DNA of 38,636 bases from Candidatus Woesearchaeota archaeon (GTDB lineage: Archaea; Nanobdellota; Nanobdellia; Woesearchaeales; UBA12501). A program made the position numbers and the translations under genes. The notes below the pieces were generated by a model. The model worked only from the letters and a program-made list of their open reading frames with translations, was not told the DNA's origin and did no database searches. Shown here piece after piece: positions 8,390 to 16,020 of the stretch (position 1 is the first letter of the stretch; each line of letters opens with the position of its first letter). The stretch covers positions 1-38,636 of the forward strand of contig WJJV01000006.1 of assembly GCA_014729495.1 (NCBI GenBank), read 5' to 3'.

Positions 8390-9049
8390 TTATTCTGTTT
8401 CTGGTCTTCTGCTTCTGGCAGGCACTGCAATCACAGTCTCGCCGTCAACAACCTTCTCGCCTTCTTCAACCTTGAGCTTCAGCCCTCTGGATCTTGGCAC
8501 CACAAGGCAGACCTGGCTTCCGAACTTAATAAGACCAATTTCCTGGCCTTTTTTAATGTTTTGGTTTTTTCCTGCAAAGCACACTATCCTCTTGGCCACA
8601 AGCCCTGCTATCTGTATGACTTTCATCCTGCCATATTCTGTCTGCATGAGTATCTCATTCTTCTCATTCTCTACTGTGGCCTCAAGCTGGTCTGAACCGA
8701 GCACAGCATTGAGCAGTCTGCCTTCCATGTATCTGACTTTTAATACTCTGGCATCAGCAGGAGCTCTCTGGAAGTGCACATTAAGAGGAGTCATGACAAT
8801 CACTATGACCCAGCACTTCTTTGCAACATCTTTTGTGAATGCCTTGATCTTTCCGACAGGATGTTTCTTTATAATTGCAGAACTGCCATCAATGCTGAGA
8901 ATCTTTATTATCTTTCCGTCAGCAGGAGACACTATGCCTTTGCTTGGTATGTTCCTATGCGGCTTTCTCAGGAACCAAAGATGATAGAAGAGGAAAATAA
9001 GGATAATGATCGTGATGATTGATGATAGGATATATATGACCCATGCCAT
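8390..9049 (-). CDS. psd: Archaetidyl/phosphatidylserine decarboxylase proenzyme
   Basis: VSPADGKI, NVHFQRAP, ENEKN, QIAGLVAKRI and the IKFGS self-cleavage motif. Confidence 0.9.
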   Translation of the reverse strand: MAWVIYILSSIITIIILIFLFYHLWFLRKPHRNIPSKGIVSPADGKIIKILSIDGSSAIIKKHPVGKIKAFTKDVAKKCWVIVIVMTPLNVHFQRAPADARVLKVRYMEGRLLNAVLGSDQLEATVENEKNEILMQTEYGRMKVIQIAGLVAKRIVCFAGKNQNIKKGQEIGLIKFGSQVCLVVPRSRGLKLKVEEGEKVVDGETVIAVPARSRRPETE

Positions 9050-9052
9050 TTT

Positions 9053-9241
9053 TTACTGCTCTTCTAGAAGATCCTGCACAATCTGTTCAGGATTTATACG
9101 TGTATTCCTGTATTTAGGCTCGCTCATCTGATCATCCTTGAACTGCGAGCACTCAGCCTTATTGTCCCAATAGAACCAGCATTTGCTTCCGAATATCTTC
9201 CAGCTTGCGCATTCTTTGCACACTTCGCTCTTTGGCCCCAT
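9053..9241 (-). CDS. Small four-Cys protein
   Basis: MGPKSEVCKECASW...CWFYW...EC; first gene of the psd operon, after a TATA-like box. Confidence 0.65.
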   Translation of the reverse strand: MGPKSEVCKECASWKIFGSKCWFYWDNKAECSQFKDDQMSEPKYRNTRINPEQIVQDLLEEQ

Positions 9242-9332
9242 GATAATATTTTTGATATAGAGACCATATATAAATGTTTTGATAAGGCTTACCAAAAACT
9301 ATTTAAATGCGCCTCTTTATTTTCAGGTTTAA

Positions 9333-9468
9333 GCCCCTGTAGCTTAGTAGGTGCTTTTTGAGCTAACTCTTAAGGCTATAAAGAGCGCACGGCTGTTAAT
9401 CTATTAAGCAGCCACCGTGAAATCCAGGGATTCGGTAAAGGTCACCAGTTCAAGTCTGGTCAGGGGCG
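9333..9468 (+). tRNA. tRNA-Asn(GTT) with three introns (20/21: 9353-9381; 37/38: 9399-9413; 43/44: 9420-9438)
   Basis: Acceptor GCCCCTG/CAGGGGC, anticodon stem CACGG/CCGTG. BHB helices GTAG/CTAT, CTGT/GCAG and ACCG/CGGT. Confidence 0.92.
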
Positions 9469-9567
9469 CTAAAGGGCTGCATTGAAAAATGCAGCCCACT
9501 TCTATTCACTAACCACTGGACATGTGTTGCCCTAAAATTATTAAACAGATGATTTATTATTCTAACT

Positions 9568-10362
9568 ATGTATCAAAAACTAGACTTATCTGATGTTTCT
9601 TGGAGCAAGAATGATATAAAGAATGCAATAAAGTTGCCTACTCATTTGACAGAAGATCTATCCCACTTCTTAGGGATACATTATGGGGATGGATACATGA
9701 AGGTACAGAAAAGAAGTAAAAGAATAGACTATAGGTTGATTTATAGTGGACATTCCATCAATGAACAAGATTGGTATGAAAATTACATCTCACATTTGAT
9801 TAAAAGATTATTCAATAAAGATGTAGTGCCAAGAAAGACCGTTAAGAACACAATAAGGATATATTTCTGCTCAAAAGCTATTATTGAATTCTTAAATAAG
9901 GCTTGTGAAGTTCCATACAGTCCAAAGATCAATATTAAGATTCCTTCAATAGTCTTAGAATCAGAAGAATTCTGCATTAAGAGTGCTTTCCTTAGGGGTT
10001 TAGCTGATACAGATTTTAGCCTTGTATTCAAAGGAAAATGCAAAAAATATTCTAACCACAAACCTACAATAGACCATAAGACATCAGATATTAGATTACA
10101 TGAAGATATCAAAAAGTTGTTATCAGATCTGGATTTCAATTTCTGTAGTGGAAGAACAAAGAATTTTAGGAAAGGTAAGGCTCATGACAGTTATTATATC
10201 CAGATTAATGGAAAAGAAAACTTGAAAAAGTGGATGAAGAATATAGGATTTTCTTCATCTAATCATCTAACAAAGTATGAAGTATGGAAGAAATATGGTT
10301 TTTTGGTGCCTAAAACAGATATACATAGAAGAAAGTCCTTATTAAAGATATTTGAGCCGTAA
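9568..10362 (+). CDS. Free-standing two-motif LAGLIDADG homing endonuclease
   Basis: FLGIHYGDG and FLRGLADTDFS motifs. No intein splice motifs. AT-rich relative to neighbours. Confidence 0.85.
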   Translation: MYQKLDLSDVSWSKNDIKNAIKLPTHLTEDLSHFLGIHYGDGYMKVQKRSKRIDYRLIYSGHSINEQDWYENYISHLIKRLFNKDVVPRKTVKNTIRIYFCSKAIIEFLNKACEVPYSPKINIKIPSIVLESEEFCIKSAFLRGLADTDFSLVFKGKCKKYSNHKPTIDHKTSDIRLHEDIKKLLSDLDFNFCSGRTKNFRKGKAHDSYYIQINGKENLKKWMKNIGFSSSNHLTKYEVWKKYGFLVPKTDIHRRKSLLKIFEP

Positions 10363-10396
10363 TATTTATAAATGAACCTTATTAGAACAGCATTAA

Positions 10397-10532
10397 GGGC
10401 CCGTGGCTTAGTCTGGAGCTGGTCATAATAATGATCAACGGATCATTAGAGCACACGTTCCTTGTAGACACTGCCTATAAGGATGTGAAACTGATAATCG
10501 TGCGGTCCCGTGTTCAAATCACGGCGGGCCCA
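10397..10532 (+). tRNA. tRNA-Ile(GAT) with two non-canonical introns (D-loop 19/20: 10417-10445; anticodon stem 30/31: 10458-10489)
   Basis: Acceptor GGGCCCG/CGGGCCC. After intron removal the anticodon arm reads CACGA-CT-GAT-AA-TCGTG. BHB CACA/TGTG with outer stem TCCTTGTAG/CTATAAGGA. Confidence 0.9.
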
Positions 10533-10538
10533 TGGAAT

Positions 10539-10630
10539 AAAGGCAAAATCCCGATGAGCTTGCGAGTCGGGATTATGCCTTTTTACATGCTTGATAATCC
10601 CAGACAAGCTTGCGAGTCGGGATTATCTTT
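10539..10630. repeat. Two tandem palindromic mini-repeats (AATCCC...GAGTCGGGATTAT family)
   Basis: Same module as within 2663-2700 and ~5090-5145. Confidence 0.8.
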
Positions 10631-10755
10631 GCATTTGAATAAGAGTAATCCAGACGAAGTAAGAATTTATTATTCTTTAGAATGGTTAATGATCTATTTG
10701 AGGATAGAGGGTAAGATTATACTGGAGAATATTCTTATCTAAAAATTAATTATTT

Positions 10756-11433
10756 TCACCCTAACTTAATCCCTTTCTCTCTAAGGACTTCAAATGCTTT
10801 CTCTCTTGCATGCTTAAGCTCATGCAGAGTGTGGGCATCGCTGTTGACATAGACCCTGTCTGCTCTTTCCAGCAGGATATCCAGGTTAGCCATGTCAGTC
10901 CTGTTGTTCATCATATTAGCTCCATTTATCTCCATGGCAACACCATAATCATTTGCAGCCTTTATGACCTCTTTGATGTCCACTGCATCACTGAAATGCT
11001 TTATGCATGGATGCCCGATGAATGCTATCTTCTTATGGTACTGCTTTATTGCATTGAGATATCCTTTTGTGATTGTATCTTTGGAGCTTTGGAGCTGATA
11101 TACCTTAGGATGCGCAGAGAGTATCAGGAACTCAGCAGGCTCATCACTGAGATGATCGCAGATATCCCCTTCCTCATTTAGAAGGTCGCCCTCAACACCG
11201 AATATGACCTCAACATCATTGATCTCATTCTTCCATCTATTGATATTATCTCTTCCTGATACCCTGCATTTTCCTTTTGCATCAAGGCAGGCCTGGCTGT
11301 GGTCAGTTATCGCTATCTTATTTAATCCAATCTTTCCTGCAAAATAGACTATCTCAAAAACTGAGTTCATGCCGTCAGAATAGTTCATGCTGTGCATGTG
11401 GTAATCTTCCTTTCCTGGATTGATGATGTTCAT
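10756..11433 (-). CDS. PHP-domain phosphoesterase (YcdX/PolX-PHP-like)
   Basis: DYHMHSMNYSDG, AITDHS, GVEGD, GHP, MEIN, NSDAH; likely start MNIINP. Confidence 0.88.
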   Translation of the reverse strand: MNIINPGKEDYHMHSMNYSDGMNSVFEIVYFAGKIGLNKIAITDHSQACLDAKGKCRVSGRDNINRWKNEINDVEVIFGVEGDLLNEEGDICDHLSDEPAEFLILSAHPKVYQLQSSKDTITKGYLNAIKQYHKKIAFIGHPCIKHFSDAVDIKEVIKAANDYGVAMEINGANMMNNRTDMANLDILLERADRVYVNSDAHTLHELKHAREKAFEVLREKGIKLG

Positions 11434-11596
11434 ACTTGCACCATAATTCATGATCAATAGCTTATATTTAAGCTTTTTTACTTTTAGCACTATATGATAG
11501 TAATAATATAGGGCAATGATATAGGAACAATAATCTGCTGTACAATAAGGGCATAAATCACAAAAAAGATATAAACAACCAGATTTATGCAGGAGT

Positions 11597-13186
11597 ATGC
11601 CAAAAAAAGTGATCCTTAACATAAACCAGCCAACAGACAACCCAGCAGTGGATCTTGTTCTTGACACACTGGAAAAGAAGAAGCAGGCCCTTGTATTCGT
11701 CAACACAAAGAGAGGCGCAGAGAGAGCAGCTGAGGACATTGCCAAAAAGACCAACATCAAGGATGCTGCTTACAAGGCCCAGCTTGAAAAGATTTCACAC
11801 GATATTCTTAAGGCGCTTCCAAAGCCCACAAGGCAGTGCGAGCGAGAGGCATTCTGCATAAAGAAAGGCATAGCTTTCCATCATGCAGGCCTTACCCAGA
11901 AGCAGAAGACGCTGATAGAGGATGCTTTCAGGGAGAGAGTGATAAAGATAATAGCATGCACCCCTACTCTTTCATTCGGGCTCAACCTTCCTGCATTCCG
12001 CGCTATCATCCGAGACCTCAAGAGATATACAAGGCATGGCCTGGACTGGATTCCAGTCCTTGAGTATCATCAGATGGCTGGAAGGTGTGGCCGTCCTGGC
12101 TCTGACAAGTGGGGCGAGGCCATATGCATTGCGCAGAATGAGTCAGACAAGGAGAAGATCACTGAGATGTTCCTCAATGGAGAATCAGAGGAGATATTCT
12201 CAAAGCTGGCAGTAGAGCCTGTTCTTCGTACTTATGTGCTTTCTCTTATTGCATCTGGGTTTGCGTCAAGCCAGGATGACCTTGAGGCATTCTTCTCAAA
12301 GACTTTCTGGGCTCACCAGTATGAGGACATGGACAAGCTTGGAGGCATAATCGACAGGATGGTGAGCCTTCTTGTTGATTTTGAGTTTGTGGAGTCATCA
12401 GGCAGCAGGTCAAGAGAGTTTGTGTCAGCTGATGAGGTCGGAGGGAACAGCAGACTGGCTGCAACAAGGCTCGGCAAGAGGGTTGCTGAACTGTACATAG
12501 ATCCCCTGACTGCGCATAAGATGATAATTGCCATGCAGAGGGCTTCTGAGAAGATAGTGAATGAGTTCTCATTCATCCACCTTGTGTCATCCTGCCCTGA
12601 GCTAAGGCCCCTGCTCAAGGTCAGGTCAAAGGAATACGAGGAGATAGAGTCAAAGATAGCAGAACATGAGTCAAGCATAATTGTGCTTGAACCCTCACTG
12701 TATGATCCAGAGTATGAGGAGTTCCAGAACTCCATAAAGACTGCCCTGTTCTTCAATGACTGGATTGAAGAGAATGATGAAGAGGACCTTCTTGAGAAAT
12801 ATAATATAAGGCCTGGAGAGATAAAGGTCAAGCGCGATCTCGCTGACTGGCTGCTTTATACAGCAGAGGAGCTTGCCAGGCTGACAAAGAAGGCAGGTCT
12901 TCTGAAGGTCATAATCAAGTCAAGGATGAGACTGAGGTATGGTGTCAAAGAGGAGCTGCTGCCTCTGCTCAGGCTTGAAGGCATAGGAAGAGTGAGGGCA
13001 AGGAAGCTCTTCAGGAATGGCATAATAGATTCAGGAGAGGTAAGGAAGGCTGACCTGATGAAGCTTGTGCAGATATTAGGCAAGAACACTGCTATAAGGG
13101 TCAAGAAGCAGGTAGGCCAGGACTTTGACAAGGCCAAAGTGCCTGAGAGGAGAAGGAAAGGACAGGTAAGCCTGAAGGATTACTGA
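11597..13186 (+). CDS. hel308: Hel308/Ski2-like SF2 helicase lacking RecA domain 1
   Basis: Has ALVFVNTK, IAFHHAGL, TPTLSFGLNLPA, QMAGRCGRPG and the HhH LEGIGRVRARKL. No Walker A or DExH. Confidence 0.85.
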   Translation: MPKKVILNINQPTDNPAVDLVLDTLEKKKQALVFVNTKRGAERAAEDIAKKTNIKDAAYKAQLEKISHDILKALPKPTRQCEREAFCIKKGIAFHHAGLTQKQKTLIEDAFRERVIKIIACTPTLSFGLNLPAFRAIIRDLKRYTRHGLDWIPVLEYHQMAGRCGRPGSDKWGEAICIAQNESDKEKITEMFLNGESEEIFSKLAVEPVLRTYVLSLIASGFASSQDDLEAFFSKTFWAHQYEDMDKLGGIIDRMVSLLVDFEFVESSGSRSREFVSADEVGGNSRLAATRLGKRVAELYIDPLTAHKMIIAMQRASEKIVNEFSFIHLVSSCPELRPLLKVRSKEYEEIESKIAEHESSIIVLEPSLYDPEYEEFQNSIKTALFFNDWIEENDEEDLLEKYNIRPGEIKVKRDLADWLLYTAEELARLTKKAGLLKVIIKSRMRLRYGVKEELLPLLRLEGIGRVRARKLFRNGIIDSGEVRKADLMKLVQILGKNTAIRVKKQVGQDFDKAKVPERRRKGQVSLKDY

Positions 13187-13287
13187 CAGTGCATCCTCAT
13201 TAGTTTCATTGATTTCCTTAATTTCTTTAGCACTCCAGAGTGCTAAAAATGGTTAAATTTATATATTATCTATTAAGATTTTCATAT

Positions 13288-13971
13288 ATGAACAAGGAAA
13301 TGCAGAGATTCTTGGCAGCAATCAAGAAGGAAAAGGACAGGCATATAATGATGGTCCTTTCTGAAGCAGAGAAAGATGAATCAGGAGCACTTAGATTCAG
13401 CACTGCGATACCCCTATCAGGAAAGCTCAAATCCTACAAGAGGACTTCAGATGGAGGGATGCTTTCAGTCAAGCCGGATTATGGACCGCCTTTTGCACAT
13501 GGGACTCCTGCCTATGCATTCAAGACAAATAATATCGCGAGCATATTGTATGATCCTGTTGACACAGGAGATGAAGATGCGCTCAAAAGGTTTCTTGATG
13601 AAATATTCATAGATAGTGACAGGGAAAGATATTCTATAATGATGCACTCCATGTATATTGAGGGAAAACCAGAGAAAAAGAATGGAAGCATGCTCAGGCT
13701 CTCGAACGCAGTGCTTGTTGACTATTCTGAGATAGAAGAGGAATGCATGATGTGCGATGAAGACTGCACTGGAGAGTGCGATCTTCAGCCAGAAATGATG
13801 CTTTCAAGGCAGGCAATAGTCAGTCTGCCTCTTGTAGTGAATGACACTGCTGCAGAAATGAAATACTCTGATATCGCCAAAGCACTTCTTCCATATGAAA
13901 GAGCTGAGTGTATGATCAGAGAGCTGAAATTAGAGAAAACAAGCCATCTTAAGCTGGTTCCTGATCAATGA
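13288..13971 (+). CDS. Hypothetical protein with Cys/acidic cluster
   Basis: ORF following a TATA box; EEECMMCDEDCTGEC. Confidence 0.7.
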   Translation: MNKEMQRFLAAIKKEKDRHIMMVLSEAEKDESGALRFSTAIPLSGKLKSYKRTSDGGMLSVKPDYGPPFAHGTPAYAFKTNNIASILYDPVDTGDEDALKRFLDEIFIDSDRERYSIMMHSMYIEGKPEKKNGSMLRLSNAVLVDYSEIEEECMMCDEDCTGECDLQPEMMLSRQAIVSLPLVVNDTAAEMKYSDIAKALLPYERAECMIRELKLEKTSHLKLVPDQ

Positions 13972-14020
13972 ACATCAGAACAGCAATATTTATAAACCCA
14001 AATCTCAGGACAATATCAGA

Positions 14021-14905
14021 ATGATAGAAAAAGTCCACTTCGGCAAGCCGCAGCTGAAGAAGATAAAAGAAGAAGGCTTTTTTCTCGCAGATATGCACTT
14101 CCATTCAAAATATTCTGACACTTATACAAGGCCCAGATCAATAGTCAAGAGAGCTGCAAAGCTCGGCATTGGAGTGGCCATAACAGACCATAACCACATA
14201 GGAGGATATGTTGAGGCTGCTAAAGAGAAGAACAGCAATGTTCCGCTGATACCTGGAATCGAGATCTCAACAAAACAAGGACCGCACCTTCTGGCATATT
14301 TCTATACTTTTAAAGACATGGAACAATTCTATGAAAAGCATCTAAAAGACAAGAAAGGAAAGAACCCCTACATGGCAACCAGGATGAAAGCAGAAGAGGT
14401 TGTGGAATTATGCAAGGATTACAATGGGATTGTGTCCGCAGCCCATCCAAAAGCAATGACTCTTTGGGATGTGCAGAGAAAGATAGCTGCAGGAAAGATA
14501 GATGACAGCATCATGAAAGGCCTTGATTGCGCTGAAGTTCTCTGCGGACTGATACTCAGGAAGATGAACCTGAGGGCATTGTCATGGGCAGAAGAGAAGA
14601 CACTGGGCATAACAGGAGGTTCTGACGGCCACACACTCATAAAGCTGGGATCTGTTGTCACATACGCCAAAGCAGACAATGTAGGATCATTCCTTGACTC
14701 ACTCAGAAAGAAGAAAAGCTATGTATCAGGTATCGAGACCAGGATGCTTCCAAGGGCATTGTCATACTCCAAAGCAATAACAAAACATTCAAGGTATGTG
14801 GGTCCTTCTGTCATGATACACTACAAGCTTGGTCTGAGGGACGGCTTCAACAATATAAAAGATAAGCTGAGCAGCAGAAGGCAGAGGCTTAAAATAAGAA
14901 AATGA
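14021..14905 (+). CDS. PHP-domain protein
   Basis: DMHFHSKYSD, AITDHN, PGIEIST, AAHP, GGSDGH. Confidence 0.9.
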   Translation: MIEKVHFGKPQLKKIKEEGFFLADMHFHSKYSDTYTRPRSIVKRAAKLGIGVAITDHNHIGGYVEAAKEKNSNVPLIPGIEISTKQGPHLLAYFYTFKDMEQFYEKHLKDKKGKNPYMATRMKAEEVVELCKDYNGIVSAAHPKAMTLWDVQRKIAAGKIDDSIMKGLDCAEVLCGLILRKMNLRALSWAEEKTLGITGGSDGHTLIKLGSVVTYAKADNVGSFLDSLRKKKSYVSGIETRMLPRALSYSKAITKHSRYVGPSVMIHYKLGLRDGFNNIKDKLSSRRQRLKIRK

Positions 14906-14953
14906 ATCCGATTTCTTTTTAAACAGAGAATTATTACTTATGCGCAATAACCT

Positions 14954-15025
14954 GCCCCTTTAGTATAATGGATAGTACACCTGGTTGCGGTCCAGGAGAT
15001 CGGGGTTCAATCCCTCGGAGGGGCG
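14954..15025 (+). tRNA. tRNA-Arg(GCG), intronless
   Basis: Acceptor GCCCCTT/GAGGGGC, anticodon arm CCTGG-TTGCGGT-CCAGG, T loop TTCAATC. Confidence 0.93.
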
Positions 15026-15141
15026 TTATTTTAGTTGATTGTTACAGGTTTATTCTTATTTCGTGGGGCCGAGCAAAGCGAGCGCCCCACATGACTGCTT
15101 CCGAGGGTAGCAACGCTCGTTCAATCCCTCGGAGGGGCGTT
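15005..15141 (+). repeat. 23-bp direct repeat of the tRNA-Arg 3' end (15005-15027, 15119-15141), att-like
   Basis: GTTCAATCCCTCGGAGGGGCGTT occurs twice. Confidence 0.9.
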
Positions 15142-15191
15142 GAGTTTGTTTTATAGTATTTTATATATCTTAAATGAGTTATGAGAATTAA

Positions 15192-15480
15192 TCCTTGCCT
15201 CTCAGGCAAGCGCTGCAAATCCGACCGCGGAGAGGTGGCGCAGGATATTAGTTTATTTTCTCGCAACTTTTTCCTAGCCTCGCCAAAAAGACTCTGCTAA
15301 TCTGATATTGGCGAGGTGGCAAATGCTTTTAGTCTATTTTCTTGCAAATTAATCCTAGCCTCTCCGATAAGATGCTGCTAATGCTATGTTGGCGAGGTGG
15401 CGAAAGTTTTAGGGAATTGTCTTAAGGTTTCTTCCTAGCCTCGCTGACAAGCGCTGCAAATCTGACCACAGCGAGGTGGC
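15192..15480 (+). repeat. Hairpin repeat array A: 4 units of 48-49 bp, spacers 32/32/31 bp
   Basis: Units start at 15192, 15272, 15353 and 15433; consensus TCCTAGCCTC(T/G)C...AAG..CTGC.AAT....G(C/A)GAGGTGGC. Confidence 0.92.
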
Positions 15481-15632
15481 GCATTCTTTTAGCTTTAGCC
15501 AGGCAGCAAAAGTTGAGGCAGCAACATAACTTTTTTGAGGCAACAACAAGGGATGAATACTGAGTGTAGATGAAAAATCCGCTACGCAAGTCCTGATTTT
15601 TCCTTTACGAATAAGGCAGACCTGAAGGGGCA

Positions 15633-15881
15633 GACCGTGTACGAATCCAATGTTGTTGCTGCTGCCGTAAAGATAGAAAATTTCCTTCTTGACAGTGTAC
15701 GAATCCAATGTTGTTGTTACAAATGCGAAGCTTTTGTAACTAAGAAAATGCAAAGCATTTTCTGTTGCTGCCCTATAACCCCTAAGTTATTCTTGACAGT
15801 GTATTAATCCATTATTGTTGCTGGCGACATAAATAGAATATTGCCTTATCTATCGTTGTTCTTACAAATGCAAAGCATTTG
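15633..15881 (+). repeat. Second repeat family (GAC.GTGTACGAATCCAATGTTGTTG...GCC), three copies, with inserted hairpins
   Basis: Copies at 15633, 15691 and 15795 (degenerate); inverted homolog at 23237-23270. Confidence 0.85.
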
Positions 15882-16020
15882 AAGTGACACGTGAGCTAAG
15901 AGGGGCTTCACTTTGCTCAGCCCTCGGCTGATATCAGTTATTCAGAGGGCTTTTGACTGAAATGATATAAGCCTTATTACAACCTCAAACTTTATATATC
16001 AAGATTAATGGACATATGCT

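Noticed and set aside
10431..10742. 103-aa ORF (also 3762-3950, 14968-15156, 15042-15266)
   Set aside because: These overlap tRNA genes and repeats and show no protein features.
15192..15480. Calling arrays A and B canonical CRISPR arrays
   Set aside because: Repeats are long and internally variable, spacers are mutually related, and no cas genes are in the window. Reported as unclassified repeats instead.
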